DNA of 64,000 bases from Gammaproteobacteria bacterium (lineage in GTDB: Bacteria; Pseudomonadota; Gammaproteobacteria; Pseudomonadales; Pseudohongiellaceae). Below the pieces are notes generated by a model. It was not told where the DNA came from. It saw only the letters and a list, made by a program, of their open reading frames with translations, and made no database searches. Positions 11,319 through 22,681 of this stretch are shown here, piece after piece; positions within the stretch are counted from its first letter, which is position 1, and the number at the start of each line of letters is the position of its first letter. The translations under genes were made by a program, and so were the position numbers. Location: positions 53,929-117,928 of the forward strand of contig CANJTS010000008.1 in NCBI GenBank assembly GCA_947477655.1, in the 5' to 3' direction.

Positions 11319-13868
11319 TCAAAAATTGATCTGCAAGCCAGCTGTCACACGATGTTCCGTACCATCGTCTACACCTATTTTTGCGCCATAGTTTACCCAC
11401 CAGTTCAGCCGCGCAGTTTCAAGTCCGGTCAGTATCAGCGAAGGTTCGGTGTATGCCTGCGTAAAGTTGGTGTATTCCACTGTTTGTGTGCCCATCGCAT
11501 GGGCTGCACTTGCAAGACGCAATGATGATGTACTGTTGTCGGCATCGTTTGCGGTGTTGTAGGTGATCCGGAAAATAGAACGTATAACACCCATCGCCAC
11601 TGACATTTCGCCGCCGAAGTAGCCGGTAACATCGCTGGTACCGTTGTTTGGATAAATGATGTTGCCGCCGCTTGCGCCAATTTCTGTATACCCATCGATG
11701 TCGGTTTCAAGCCAGCGAAAGCCTGCCAATGGACCGAAATTCAGATCATCCTTTTGTGTAATGAAGTAGCCTGCTTCTGTAGAAACTGTCAAGTTGGAAC
11801 CCTTGGTGTTCCCCAGTGCGTTCAGTCCGTAGGCGCCAGTGCGGTAAATGTCGTCGAAGCCCATACTGCCGTAGCTTGCTGAGGCATTCGTGTAAAAGCT
11901 ACCGCTGGTAAAAGCGCCGTACAGGGACAGTTGGTAAGCATCATAGTCTACACTTACACCGCCACTGCTTTCGGCATCGCCAGTTAAAAAGCCGCCTGCC
12001 ATTCCAAAAATGGTAGTGTCATTGAGCGCAACATCGTAACCCACAACAATATTGTTCATCAGTGCTTCAGTTGTCTTGGCGCTTTCCTCTCGTTCTCTCC
12101 GGTTGCCTGCTACCCAGAGTGAACCCTCTGTGCCGTTTGCAGTTGAACTTATATTCGCGTGCCGCAAGGTTGATAGATGCTGAGCAATGTTGTCTGTGTT
12201 CGCAGTGGCCATGTCGCGCGCTGCCGATGAAGTAAGGTTAAGCGTTAACGAGCCTACCTCGTGCATCGCAAGAAGATATTGTGAATCAACATACGTAGGT
12301 AGTGTCAGTCGGTACGCCAGTATCAGCGCATCACTATTGACAGCCTGTGCACATTTCTGACCGCCAACGCTGCAGGTAGACGAGAGAAAATCATTATCGT
12401 TGCCGATAAACAAGAAATAATCCTGCGGTGCCTTCTCGTCCAGTACCGGCACGAGCGCCATGCTTTCTAGTTTTTCGGTGAGCGTAAGACGCGTGGCAGA
12501 GACATTGGTGATATTGATACCGAACTTACCAAGCTGAGTTGTGTTGAGGATGTTGACGATTTCCACCTGGCTGACTGGCGTGATACCTGAATTGAGAACA
12601 CCGCCAGGTGAGATTGGAGTTGTAGTGGTTTCAAAAGAGGTGCCTGCAATATTGGTAGCACCTGCAATATCGACTAGCAAGATGCTTTTGAAAACCGGAT
12701 TAAGATTAGCCTGGCCGAGTCCGTTACCATCGCGTGCTAGCACGAGAAACTGGCTGTCATTAAGTGCCAGAATCTCTGACTGCGCAGCTGTGCGATTAAC
12801 CGCACCACCGTTGCCATTTGAAGTAAATACTGGCAGTTGCATGACATAATCTGCAATGGGGTTAATGGGAGTATTAGTCTGCGATATGTCATAGATCATC
12901 AGACGTGTATTGGTGCGCGTCTGCTGGTTAGTTGTGCTGTCTTGCATCGCCGCGCTCTGGAGCAAGGTTACAAGTTTTTTGTTGTCTGGGGTCAGAGTGA
13001 TGCCTTCCAGGCCCTGGTTCAGGCGTCGACCAGTTGTGGCATCTGTGAGCGATGTATACGAAAGACCGCCGTCGGATGCTCGGGCAGTCAGTGCAGATGG
13101 CGGTTGAATAATACCGAGCATTGCACCAGATTTGTTAAAGTAATAAACGTTTGCACCATATTCGTCGGACACATAGAAGCTGCCATTGTTGAGAAAGCGC
13201 ATGCTCTCTGCATCAAGGCTGATTTTTCCCGCGGCAGCGCCAACCGTTGAGCCTGGCAGCATCATGCCGTTCTGCGTGACGAAAGCAGTAGCACCAGTGC
13301 CCGGATCCAGTCCTGTAGTGACACGCCCATTAAAATCTTTTAAGAAAAAACCGCCTGTTTGGGTGAGCCCCAACTGGTGCTGAGAATCGGCGCTGACAGG
13401 CAAGCTGGCACTGTCGAGATAGGGTTTGAAGTTCATGTCAAAGCGGCTGACTCGACCAGCGTAATCACTGAAGGTGACTGAACCGACTCCGTTAGGTCCG
13501 CGATCGGGCAGGGAATACAGTACACCAGTATAACCTGCTGCGGTCATGCGCCAGCTACCCGGTACGATATCCATACCTGAAAAGGCGCCAAAGGTGTCAC
13601 CATTGAAATCAAGGGTAGTTTCTGCGGCCAGGCGTGCCACGCCTTGCAAACCCTGGTTTATAAAAGTCTGACCTTTGAATACGATCGATGTTGCACCGCT
13701 GGTAGTGACCACATTGGGTGTTGTGTACGCGACTGGATCAGCGAGTGTGTTAGTTGCTGTAATAGTTCCTAGTGCGATACCCATAAATAATGCGGAATAG
13801 CAAAAACTGGGCAGTTTGTAAGGTGACAGCATAAAGAGGTTCCTTGTGAATTGAGAATTCATCCGCAA
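11319..13868 (-). CDS. Autotransporter outer-membrane protein with phytase-like esterase passenger domain
   Basis: N-terminal signal peptide. Passenger carries GLEGITLTPDNKKL-type repeats recalled from the 'esterase-like activity of phytase' family. The C-terminal roughly 270 aa is an alternating beta-strand pattern ending ..RVTAGLQINF (terminal aromatic residue). Confidence 0.8.
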   Translation of the reverse strand: MRMNSQFTRNLFMLSPYKLPSFCYSALFMGIALGTITATNTLADPVAYTTPNVVTTSGATSIVFKGQTFINQGLQGVARLAAETTLDFNGDTFGAFSGMDIVPGSWRMTAAGYTGVLYSLPDRGPNGVGSVTFSDYAGRVSRFDMNFKPYLDSASLPVSADSQHQLGLTQTGGFFLKDFNGRVTTGLDPGTGATAFVTQNGMMLPGSTVGAAAGKISLDAESMRFLNNGSFYVSDEYGANVYYFNKSGAMLGIIQPPSALTARASDGGLSYTSLTDATTGRRLNQGLEGITLTPDNKKLVTLLQSAAMQDSTTNQQTRTNTRLMIYDISQTNTPINPIADYVMQLPVFTSNGNGGAVNRTAAQSEILALNDSQFLVLARDGNGLGQANLNPVFKSILLVDIAGATNIAGTSFETTTTPISPGGVLNSGITPVSQVEIVNILNTTQLGKFGINITNVSATRLTLTEKLESMALVPVLDEKAPQDYFLFIGNDNDFLSSTCSVGGQKCAQAVNSDALILAYRLTLPTYVDSQYLLAMHEVGSLTLNLTSSAARDMATANTDNIAQHLSTLRHANISSTANGTEGSLWVAGNRREREESAKTTEALMNNIVVGYDVALNDTTIFGMAGGFLTGDAESSGGVSVDYDAYQLSLYGAFTSGSFYTNASASYGSMGFDDIYRTGAYGLNALGNTKGSNLTVSTEAGYFITQKDDLNFGPLAGFRWLETDIDGYTEIGASGGNIIYPNNGTSDVTGYFGGEMSVAMGVIRSIFRITYNTANDADNSTSSLRLASAAHAMGTQTVEYTNFTQAYTEPSLILTGLETARLNWWVNYGAKIGVDDGTEHRVTAGLQINF

Positions 13869-14223
13869 ACGGGCTTTTTACAAGTTATCAAGAAGAAATT
13901 AGATTTATATAAAGAATGACCTTGCAATTTATAAAGCCAAAGACCTACCAGTTTGACTGGAGCAAGGGGCAGGGGCACATACTGACCAACAAATTAGGAC
14001 AATTTTGCTCAGGATTCAGTTATGCTCTAGAACATTGCCGTATGTTCATGACATACACTGTGCAACCAGCTGAGTGTAGGCGCGTGAATTGATGTTCTGA
14101 ATTTCACGTTTCATGCTGATAGATTTCCACATGATTAGACTATTATTGTGGATCTCACGCCTTTTCACGCCACGTCCACCAACGCGGCATTTTAAGTTTT
14201 CATCGATCCTTCAGGGGGAAAGT

Positions 14224-14943
14224 ATGACCTTTAAAATCAAGACAATCATTGCAAGCATGGGGCTAACACTGGCACTGGGCACAAGTGCGTGGGCTGCACC
14301 TGCTGCCGATTTCATGGAAAAGCTAGAGGCCGAAACGCGTCCTCTGGTAGACCGCGAACGTGACGGCGCACGCCGGCCTTTTCAAGTTATCAACTTGCTC
14401 GGCATTTCTGAGGGCATGACAGTTATAGATGTGGGCGCCGCCGATGGCTGGTTTACCCGTGTGTTGTCAGCAGCTGTTGGTCCATCAGGAAAAGTGATCA
14501 TGCAGGAAGGCGCGCGTGCACTTGAGACAGACGAGGGGGCTGCACCCAAGGCAACCGCTGCAGCTCTGGGCAATGTAGAAGTATCCTTTGAAGCTCTTGG
14601 CGGCGTTGGCACCAACGTTGCCGATGCCGCAATAACTGCGCTCAATCTCCATCATGCTAATGACGAGCGCGGCACTGCAGCAATGAAAGATCTTTTCCAG
14701 GTTCTCAAGCCTGGTGGAGTAGCAGCAGTGATCGACCACGTTGGTACGCTCATAACTCCTGCCAATTCTCATCGTATTTTGGCTACTATAGTCAAAGGGT
14801 GGATTCAAGCAGCAGGATTCGAGATCGTGGTGGAATCCGACATCCTCCGCAACACAGCCGACGACCATATGCTTTCGGCTATGGCTCCAGAACTTGGCCG
14901 CGATACCGATCAGTTCATGTTTGTGGTACGCAAGCCGAAGTAA
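14224..14943 (+). CDS. Exported class I SAM-methyltransferase-like protein (COG4798-like)
   Basis: GGGGGAA Shine-Dalgarno sequence upstream of the ATG at 14224. Signal peptide ..GTSAWA/AP. MTVIDVGAADGWF is a motif I-like segment. Confidence 0.6.
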   Translation: MTFKIKTIIASMGLTLALGTSAWAAPAADFMEKLEAETRPLVDRERDGARRPFQVINLLGISEGMTVIDVGAADGWFTRVLSAAVGPSGKVIMQEGARALETDEGAAPKATAAALGNVEVSFEALGGVGTNVADAAITALNLHHANDERGTAAMKDLFQVLKPGGVAAVIDHVGTLITPANSHRILATIVKGWIQAAGFEIVVESDILRNTADDHMLSAMAPELGRDTDQFMFVVRKPK

Positions 14944-14959
14944 TAAGAAAACGAAATGT

Positions 14960-15028
14960 GGGGCTTGGAATAGCTTGATTAAGTGGTTATTAACTACCTT
15001 GATCAGATGAATCCAAGCCCCTTTTTTA
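14960..15028 (+). terminator. Putative rho-independent terminator with a long loop
   Basis: GGGGCTTGGA (14960-14969) pairs perfectly with TCCAAGCCCC (15012-15021) and is followed by TTTTTTA. The 42-nt loop is atypically long. Confidence 0.45.
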
Positions 15029-15065
15029 TTTGTATCAAACTACTCCATCCATGATGGACACGAAG

Positions 15066-15536
15066 ATGTCAGCACAAGATGAATACTGGATGGGCAAGGC
15101 TCTGGCATTGGCCCAACAAGCCGCAGCTGTAGGTGAAGTTCCGGTGGGTGCGGTGCTGATATTCAATGATGTATTAGTAGGGGAAGGCAGCAACCGGGCG
15201 ATTACCACTAATGATCCCACTGCGCATGCAGAAATAGTTGCGTTGCGACATGCCGCCTACCATCTTCAAAATTATCGTCTGCCAGACACAACTTTGTATG
15301 TCACCCTCGAACCTTGCACTATGTGTGTGGGTGCGCTCGTTCATGCACGTATCAAGCGCTTAGTATTTGGCGCGTTAGAACCCAAGGCAGGGGCAGTGTG
15401 CAGTCGCTTTCAGTTGTTGCAACAAAAAGGCTTCAATCATCAACTTGAATGTCAGCAAGGCATATTGGAGAGTGAGTGCGGCCAAGTTTTGAGTGATTTT
15501 TTTCACCAGCGGCGTGAGCAAAAGAAATTAAGTTGA
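15066..15536 (+). CDS. tadA: tRNA adenosine(34) deaminase
   Basis: CDA zinc motifs HAEIVALR and PCTMCVGAL. Size and the MSAQDEYWMGKAL N-terminus fit TadA. Start chosen at the internal ATG. Confidence 0.9.
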   Translation: MSAQDEYWMGKALALAQQAAAVGEVPVGAVLIFNDVLVGEGSNRAITTNDPTAHAEIVALRHAAYHLQNYRLPDTTLYVTLEPCTMCVGALVHARIKRLVFGALEPKAGAVCSRFQLLQQKGFNHQLECQQGILESECGQVLSDFFHQRREQKKLS

Positions 15537-15576
15537 TGGCAGTTTGATCACAACTTCTGCAATTAAATTATTCAGT

Positions 15577-15612
15577 AAAAAATCCGATAAATTGACTTTA
15601 TCGGATTTTTTT
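15577..15612. terminator. Bidirectional rho-independent terminator between convergent tadA and OMP genes
   Basis: AAAAAATCCGATAAA-ttgac-TTTATCGGATTTTTTT: a perfect stem flanked by an A-run and a T-run. Confidence 0.8.
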
Positions 15613-15661
15613 GTGCGGAGAAAAAACGGATAGGATCTGCTTAGGCTCTACAGTGAAACAA

Positions 15662-16303
15662 TTACCAAGTCTTGGAAACGGTGAAGACCAACGCCTGACT
15701 TGCATCGGGCTTGCCACTGCTGTCCAGTTGATCGGAAAGTTCGTCGCTGCTAAATATGACATCTAGGCCAAAGTCAATTTCGGAAATGGAAGTGTCATAC
15801 CCCACTTCAAAATAGTCACCAGCAAAATCTTTACCAGAAGAACCAAATGTGCCGTGGAAACCGGATTGGCTAAGTGTTAAACCTAGAAAATCGTAATCAG
15901 CAGGAGTGCCGAAACCGTCGTACTCACCGTTGGAATATTCCACGCTGAGAATCTTGTATCCTGCTTTAAGATTAAATTCCTGGTAGGTGTCATCAAATTG
16001 TCCGGTGTAGTAGTAGCCGGTCATGCCAGCGCTGGCAGTAAAATCGCCAGAAGTAATGCCGTAACCAAAAAATCCATCAACTTCCAGGCCATCACCTACA
16101 TCTCCGGTCCAGCCACCAGCGAAAAAACCATTTTCGGTTAAAGTAACACCAGCACTTGCTGACGCTGCTTTTTGTAGAATACCTCTAAAGTAATATTCGG
16201 ACGCAAAACCTGCGTTGTAGGAGACTTCTGCAAAGGCGCTGGCAGATGCCAAACCGCAAGTAACAAGCGCAATGCCTACAGCCAATTTTGAAACTTTTTT
16301 CAT
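15662..16303 (-). CDS. Small beta-barrel outer-membrane protein (TIGR02001 / Gcw_chp-like)
   Basis: Start at MKKVSKLAVGIALV preceded by an AGGAGA Shine-Dalgarno sequence. Signal peptide ..SAFA/EVSYNAGFASEYYFRG. Ends ..FTVSKTW. Confidence 0.7.
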   Translation of the reverse strand: MKKVSKLAVGIALVTCGLASASAFAEVSYNAGFASEYYFRGILQKAASASAGVTLTENGFFAGGWTGDVGDGLEVDGFFGYGITSGDFTASAGMTGYYYTGQFDDTYQEFNLKAGYKILSVEYSNGEYDGFGTPADYDFLGLTLSQSGFHGTFGSSGKDFAGDYFEVGYDTSISEIDFGLDVIFSSDELSDQLDSSGKPDASQALVFTVSKTW

Positions 16304-16711
16304 AAGTCTTTCTCCTGAAAGTCTAAAAAGAACGGTTTTTTTGCGTTTAAAGGAATGGTTTTCCCTTGTTTGATAGTTAGCAAAGACTAAGCCAACTCTT
16401 ATATCTACTTGAATCGTATGAATAAAAAACAAATAACTTGCCAAAGAGGAGAATCCTGCCCCGTTACCGTTCTTGTTGTGGGAACATTTCGGAGCGCAAA
16501 TAAACCTATATGCACCAAAAAAGCACGCTGCTACAGGAAATATTAAGTTTTAGTGAAAGATAGTGGAGAAAATCCATTAAGGTTAGGCAAGTGAAAGGGT
16601 AAAAAAGAGGGTTATCTAGCTTTAGCTTTAGCCTGTCTTTACCCGGGCGTTGCCTTTAGAATGCGCGCTGCCAAGCACAGCTTGCTCTCCCATTATCAGG
16701 CCTGTTTAAAG

Positions 16712-19700
16712 ATGCTGATTCTTCATGGTGCCCCAGCGCTCTCTCGCTTTGCTTCTGCCAAACTCCTGCACAAATTAAAGTCTCATTTCGCTGCGATTAG
16801 CAGTCTTGACAGCAGCTGGGTCCACTTTGTAGATGTCCAATCTCCACTTGATAAGCATGAAGCAGAGTTGCTGGATAGCTTACTGCGTTATGGACCTAGG
16901 CTAGTACCGGATGTAAATGTAAATGCAGATCAGGTGGCTGAATTTATTGTGGTGCCTAGACCAGGTACGATTTCACCTTGGTCGAGTAAAGCAACCGACA
17001 TCGCACATAATTGCGGCCTCACTAAAATCATTCGCTTGGAGCGTGGCATCATTTACCGCTTGGAAGGTGCAGGTGCATGTGATGAGGCAGTTGTTGGCGG
17101 GTTATTACATGATCGTATGACCCAGTCGGTGCTGCGTGAATTGGCACAAGTAGGTATGCTGTTTGCCCACTCCAATCCCAAAGCCATGCATACTGTGGAC
17201 GTGTTGGGGGGTGGCAAGAAAGTATTGCAGGCGGCCAATCTAAGCATGGGACTGGCACTGGCTGAAGATGAAATTGATTACCTTGTACAAAGTTTTACCG
17301 AACTTGCGCGCAATCCTAACGACATCGAACTGATGATGTTTGCGCAGGCCAACTCCGAACACTGCCGACACAAAATTTTTAACGCCAGTTGGACCATTGC
17401 TGATGAACCGCAGGAAAATTCCCTGTTTGGCATGATTCGCAATACTTATGCATGCAATAGCAAAGGGGTGTTGTCTGCCTACAAGGATAATGCTGCGGTG
17501 TTTGCCGGGTTTAACGCCGGCCGATTTTTCCCCGACCCCGACACCCATACTTACAACTTCCATCAAGAAGAGATTCATATCCTGATCAAAGTGGAAACCC
17601 ATAACCATCCCACCGCCATTGCTCCCATGTCTGGCGCTGCTACCGGTGCCGGTGGGGAAATTCGTGACGAAGGTGCCACCGGAATAGGCTCGAAACCCAA
17701 AGCGGGTTTAACCGGCTTTACGGTTTCCAATTTGAAAATACCGGATTTTTTGCAGCCCTGGGAAACCGATTTTGGTAAGCCGGGTCACATAGCTTCGGCA
17801 CTCGACATCATGCTCGAAGGCCCCATTGGTGGCGCAGCATTTAACAATGAATATGGCCGTCCTAATCTGTGTGGTTATTTTCGCACCTTTGAAATGCAAA
17901 CACCGCAAGCACAACAGGCAGAGGCTGGCACCATCGAAATAAGGGGTTATCACAAACCCATCATGATCGCGGGTGGTTACGGCAATATACGTGCCGAACA
18001 TGTGGAAAAAAAGAATATTCCCGTGGGTGCCAAGTTGATCGTGCTAGGTGGTCCGGCTATGTTGATTGGTTTGGGTGGAGGTGCTGCATCATCGATGACT
18101 GCAGGTGCCAGCCAACTGGATCTGGATTTTGCTTCTGTGCAACGCGACAACGCTGAAATGGAGCGTCGTTGTCAGGAAGTAATTGATCAATGCTGGGCCT
18201 TAGGAGCGCGTAATCCAATTTGTTTTATCCATGATGTGGGCGCTGGTGGTTTGTCCAATGCCTTGCCCGAATTGGTGAAAGACGGTGAACGAGGTGGTCG
18301 TTTCAATTTGGCAGCTATTCCAAGTGCAGAGGCGCAGATGTCGCCCTTGGAAATTTGGTGCAATGAAGCGCAAGAGCGTTATGTGCTAGCAGTTGCACCA
18401 GAGGATTTGCAGCGATTTGAACAAATTTGCAGTCGCGAACGTTGTCCTTTTGCTGTGGTAGGTCACGCAACTAAAGAGTTGCATTTGAGCTTGCATGACC
18501 AAAAAAACAACGAATATCCCATTGATTTGCCCATGTCTCTGCTGTTTGGCAAAGCTCCCAAGATGCATCGCTATGCCACCAAAGTGCGCCATAACCAAAA
18601 AAGTTTTGCCACCAGTGCAATCGATCTCGCCGAAGCTGCTGAGAGAGTATTACGCTTGCCTGCGGTTGCTAGTAAAAGTTTTCTGATCACCATAGGCGAT
18701 CGTTCAATTACCGGTATGGTGGCACGCGAACAAATGGTAGGCCCATGGCAAGTGCCGGTGGCAGATGCGGCAGTTACCACACTCGCTTACGACACCTATA
18801 AAGGTGAAGCCATGGCTATGGGAGAGCGTACGCCATTGGCCTTACTCAATGCGCCTGCATCTGGTCGTATGGCCATTGCCGAAGCACTTACTAATATTGC
18901 TTCGGCAAGAATCGAAAAATTAAGTGATGTACGTCTTTCTGCCAATTGGATGGCAGCAGCCGGCCATCCTGGTGAAGATGAAAAACTGTTTGCCACTGTA
19001 CAGGCTGTTGGTATGGAGTTATGTCCGGAACTTGGCATCACTATTCCGGTTGGTAAAGATTCTATGTCTATGCGCACAGTGTGGGACGATGCAGTGGGCA
19101 AAAAGAATATGGCAGCGCCTTTGTCGCTGATTATTTCAGCATTTGCTCCTGTGCTTGATGTGCGTTTGACAGTGACCCCGCAGTTACGAACTGATAAAGG
19201 CGCCAGCACTTTGTTGCTGATGGATTTAGGATTGGGTTCCAATCGTCTAGGTGGTTCAGCTTTGGCGCAGGTGTATGGTCAATTAGGTGCAGTAGCCCCC
19301 GATTTGCATAGTGCAAGCGATTTACAACGATTTTTTGATTTCATTCAGGACTGCTTGGAACAAAAACTCCTGCTGGCTTATCACGATCGATCTGACGGAG
19401 GGCTTTTTACCACCTTGGTGGAAATGGCGTTCGCAGGGCATTGCGGTCTTGCTATCAACCTCGACAACATCACCAGTGCCGGTCAAGTGGTAGATTCCAT
19501 GTTTACCGAAGAATTGGGGGCTGTGCTCCAAGTACGTGATGAACAGTTGGCACAAGTACGGGAATTGGCCGATGAAAAGGGTCTGGGAGATATTCTTTTC
19601 TCGATAGGTACAGTGCACCCTACCGACAACATCAGCTTTAGTTTTTCTGACAAAATAGTATTGAGTTCAACTCGTACTCATTATCAAAGCGCGTGGGCTG

Positions 19701-20629
19701 AAACCAGTTATCGAATGCAGGCCCTGCGCGACAACTCTGAATGTGCCCGGCAAGAATTCAAGTTGCTGCAGGACGTCGAAAATCCGGGTTTACATTCCAT
19801 CTTGAGTTTTGATATTAACGACGATATTGCCGCGCCCTATATCAGGCGTGGACATCGCCCACGCATTGCAGTGCTGCGTGAACAAGGTGTCAATGGTCAG
19901 ATGGAAATGGCAGCGGCATTTCATCGTGCTGGGTTTGAATCTGTGGACGTTCACATGACTGACATAATCAGTGGTCGTATCACCCTCGATAATTTCAATG
20001 CCATGGTGGCCTGTGGTGGTTTTTCATATGGTGATGTTCTCGGTGCAGGGGAAGGTTGGGCCAAGTCGATTTTGTTTAATGCCCGTGTCCGTGCTCAGTT
20101 TGAAGAATTTTTTGCTCGTCAATCTACCCTTGCTTTTGGAATCTGCAACGGTTGTCAGATGATGTCCAATTTGCGTGAATTAATTCCTGGTGCTGAACAT
20201 TGGCCACATTTTGTTCGTAATGCTTCCGAGCAGTTTGAAGGCCGTACTGTGATGGTCGCGGTGCAGGAAACGCCTTCCGTGTTACTGGCAGGCATGCAAG
20301 GTTCACACTTCCCGATTGCCCTGGCGCATGGCGAGGGCAGAGCAGAATTTGCAGATGCCTTAGCCCAGCAACTGGCCATTCAAAGTGGCACAGTTGCCAT
20401 GCAGTATCTAGATAACTATGGCAAGGTAACTCAGCAATATCCTGCTAATCCCAACGGCTCTCCTCTTGGTATAGCTGGACTTTGTAATACTGATGGCCGT
20501 GTCACCATCATGATGCCGCATCCAGAACGTGTGTTTAGAGCTATCACCAATTCATGGCGCGCCGATTCTTGGCAGGAAGACAGCCCAACCATGCGCATGT
20601 TTCGTAATGCGAGAGTATGGTTGAATTAG
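16712..20629 (+). CDS. purL: Phosphoribosylformylglycinamidine synthase (large single-chain form)
   Basis: About 1305 aa from [22 protein letters not shown] motif and C-terminal GATase with GICNGCQ and PHPER. Confidence 0.97.
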   Translation: MLILHGAPALSRFASAKLLHKLKSHFAAISSLDSSWVHFVDVQSPLDKHEAELLDSLLRYGPRLVPDVNVNADQVAEFIVVPRPGTISPWSSKATDIAHNCGLTKIIRLERGIIYRLEGAGACDEAVVGGLLHDRMTQSVLRELAQVGMLFAHSNPKAMHTVDVLGGGKKVLQAANLSMGLALAEDEIDYLVQSFTELARNPNDIELMMFAQANSEHCRHKIFNASWTIADEPQENSLFGMIRNTYACNSKGVLSAYKDNAAVFAGFNAGRFFPDPDTHTYNFHQEEIHILIKVETHNHPTAIAPMSGAATGAGGEIRDEGATGIGSKPKAGLTGFTVSNLKIPDFLQPWETDFGKPGHIASALDIMLEGPIGGAAFNNEYGRPNLCGYFRTFEMQTPQAQQAEAGTIEIRGYHKPIMIAGGYGNIRAEHVEKKNIPVGAKLIVLGGPAMLIGLGGGAASSMTAGASQLDLDFASVQRDNAEMERRCQEVIDQCWALGARNPICFIHDVGAGGLSNALPELVKDGERGGRFNLAAIPSAEAQMSPLEIWCNEAQERYVLAVAPEDLQRFEQICSRERCPFAVVGHATKELHLSLHDQKNNEYPIDLPMSLLFGKAPKMHRYATKVRHNQKSFATSAIDLAEAAERVLRLPAVASKSFLITIGDRSITGMVAREQMVGPWQVPVADAAVTTLAYDTYKGEAMAMGERTPLALLNAPASGRMAIAEALTNIASARIEKLSDVRLSANWMAAAGHPGEDEKLFATVQAVGMELCPELGITIPVGKDSMSMRTVWDDAVGKKNMAAPLSLIISAFAPVLDVRLTVTPQLRTDKGASTLLLMDLGLGSNRLGGSALAQVYGQLGAVAPDLHSASDLQRFFDFIQDCLEQKLLLAYHDRSDGGLFTTLVEMAFAGHCGLAINLDNITSAGQVVDSMFTEELGAVLQVRDEQLAQVRELADEKGLGDILFSIGTVHPTDNISFSFSDKIVLSSTRTHYQSAWAETSYRMQALRDNSECARQEFKLLQDVENPGLHSILSFDINDDIAAPYIRRGHRPRIAVLREQGVNGQMEMAAAFHRAGFESVDVHMTDIISGRITLDNFNAMVACGGFSYGDVLGAGEGWAKSILFNARVRAQFEEFFARQSTLAFGICNGCQMMSNLRELIPGAEHWPHFVRNASEQFEGRTVMVAVQETPSVLLAGMQGSHFPIALAHGEGRAEFADALAQQLAIQSGTVAMQYLDNYGKVTQQYPANPNGSPLGIAGLCNTDGRVTIMMPHPERVFRAITNSWRADSWQEDSPTMRMFRNARVWLN

Positions 20630-20658
20630 CACTCTATTAGATCTAACAGGAGTTGAGC

Positions 20659-21516
20659 ATGGCACAGACCAAGCAGCGCAGTCACGGCTATTCCCGGCGA
20701 GATATGTTGGCCTGCTTGTCCTTGAGCATGGGGGTGGGTTTAAGCGTTTCTCCATTGGTTGTTTTTGCACAACAGCTGGCTACTCAAAATAACAGTGGAG
20801 CTCTGCCTCAACTGCTTGAGTTCCAACGACTGGTTGCTGCTAATCGAATTCTGGCCAATGAAAATGTAGTAGATGCTTTTGGTCATGTCAGTGTGCGTAA
20901 TCCTGAAAATCCGGATAGATTTATTTTGTCGCGTGCACGCAGCCCCGCGCTGGTTGAATTTGATGACTTGATGGAATTTGATCTGGAAGGCTCAGCAATC
21001 GATCCGCGTGGTCGCACAGCTTATGGCGAGCGGATGATCCACGCTGCCGTTTATGCAGCTCGTGAAGATGTTCATTCAGTAGTACATCACCATTCCTATG
21101 CAGTGCTACCTTTTACTATAACTGATGTGCCCATGCGTCCAGTCATCCACACCGCTGCGGTGATTGGTGCGCAAATTCCTGTTTGGGATATTCATACCGA
21201 AAGTGGCGACACTGACATGTTGGTGCGCACCATGGAACAGGGCAGAAATCTCGCTACAACGCTGGCGAACAATACCTGCTTGTTGATGCGAGGTCACGGT
21301 GCTGTAGTAGTAGGTACAAGTATCGAAAGAGCTGTGCTCACTGCGGTTTATCTGCAAGTAAATGCCAATGTGTTGTTGCAAGCTAAAACACTGGGCGCAC
21401 CAATCCCTCTGAGTGAAGCTGAGATTAAACTCGCCACTGAGTCCCAATTTTCTACTCTTGCTTTACCACGAGCTTGGGAATATTTTTGTCAGCGTGCCGG
21501 TGTCGAACCGATCTAA
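20659..21516 (+). CDS. Class II aldolase/adducin-family protein with Tat-type signal peptide
   Basis: ACAGGAG Shine-Dalgarno sequence 6 nt upstream. N-terminus ..YSRRDMLACLSLSMGVGLSVSPLVVFAQQ. Aldolase II metal-ligand regions FGHVSVR, VVHHHS and MRGHGAVVVG. Confidence 0.75.
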   Translation: MAQTKQRSHGYSRRDMLACLSLSMGVGLSVSPLVVFAQQLATQNNSGALPQLLEFQRLVAANRILANENVVDAFGHVSVRNPENPDRFILSRARSPALVEFDDLMEFDLEGSAIDPRGRTAYGERMIHAAVYAAREDVHSVVHHHSYAVLPFTITDVPMRPVIHTAAVIGAQIPVWDIHTESGDTDMLVRTMEQGRNLATTLANNTCLLMRGHGAVVVGTSIERAVLTAVYLQVNANVLLQAKTLGAPIPLSEAEIKLATESQFSTLALPRAWEYFCQRAGVEPI

Positions 21517-21538
21517 TATTATTATTCGAGGTGTATCA

Positions 21539-22597
21539 ATGGCGAGTAAACTCTACAGCTTGTTGTTCACTACAATCCTTTCACTTTTTTTTATCCATAA
21601 TGTCAGTGCGCATCATTCCCGATCTGCTTTCTACGACACTACACAATTGATTCAATTGGAAGGTGAAATAACCCGTGTATTGTGGCGTCATCCACATGTA
21701 CGTTACTGGATGCAGGCTGATCAAGCCAGTGGCGGCGGCTTGTGGGAATTAGAAACAACCCCGCCCAGTATTTTGGAACGTGAAGGGATAAATAAGGAAT
21801 TAGTTGCTGTCGGTACTCGCGTGCGAGTAGCGGGGCCACCTGCACGTTTTACTGCTAATGCTATGGAGGTTAGTCATGTCCTGTTGCCCGACGGTCGTGA
21901 AGTTCATCTGTACGCTAATCTTGACACCTTATGGTCAGAGCAGACTGTAGAGCGATCTTTGCAGGCTTTTGATCCTGCCGCAGTTGTAGCAGCTCAAGCT
22001 TCTGCCAAGGGGATTTTCCGCGTATGGAGTCGGGAAGGCGGCGTCAATAATCAGCCGCGTTTCTGGTTAAACGAATATCCTCTTACTGATTCTGCCGTTA
22101 CTGCAGCCGCCGCCTGGGATGTGTTGGTAGATACTGATACTGGCTGTAATGCGAAAGGCTTTCCCAATATCATGAGTAATATCTGGCCTTTTGAATTTGT
22201 AGATGAGGGTGAACAGATTCGATTAAAGATCGAAGAATTTGACCAGCAAAGAATTGTGTATTTGGTTAACAGTTCTGCACAACACGCACCTTCGCCAATG
22301 GGATATTCTTTGGGACATTGGGAAGGATCAGACTTGGTAGTAACAACCCGTGATTTTTCACCTGCGTATTTTGGTGCGGCGGGTATTGAACTAGGATCTT
22401 CAGCAGAGATCGTAGAGCGTTTTATATTGAGTGCTGATGCCAACCGCCTTGATTATCAGATGACAGTAACTGATCCGGCCACTTTTACTGGGCCCGTTAC
22501 CCAAAGTTCTTACTGGATATGGCGACCTGGTGAAATCCTCAAACCTTACGATTGTGTAGAAGTTCCAGAATCGTGGACTACCTCCAAAAACAAGTAG
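21539..22597 (+). CDS. Secreted two-domain protein, paralogue 1 (DUF6152-like N-domain plus conserved C-domain), function unknown
   Basis: GAGGTG Shine-Dalgarno sequence. Signal peptide with predicted cleavage VSA/HHSRSAFYD. Motif W.HPH. C-domain GHWEG.DLVV.T. Cys in DTGCNAKGFP and KPYDCVE. Paralogous to 58022-59155 and 59188-60057. Confidence 0.75.
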   Translation: MASKLYSLLFTTILSLFFIHNVSAHHSRSAFYDTTQLIQLEGEITRVLWRHPHVRYWMQADQASGGGLWELETTPPSILEREGINKELVAVGTRVRVAGPPARFTANAMEVSHVLLPDGREVHLYANLDTLWSEQTVERSLQAFDPAAVVAAQASAKGIFRVWSREGGVNNQPRFWLNEYPLTDSAVTAAAAWDVLVDTDTGCNAKGFPNIMSNIWPFEFVDEGEQIRLKIEEFDQQRIVYLVNSSAQHAPSPMGYSLGHWEGSDLVVTTRDFSPAYFGAAGIELGSSAEIVERFILSADANRLDYQMTVTDPATFTGPVTQSSYWIWRPGEILKPYDCVEVPESWTTSKNK

Positions 22598-22681
22598 CGC
22601 TGCTTTCCATTACCGTCAGCGGTTTCAAAAGTTACGCATGAAGGAAGCAATCATTTGAATATAAGTAATGTTAGGCAATGT

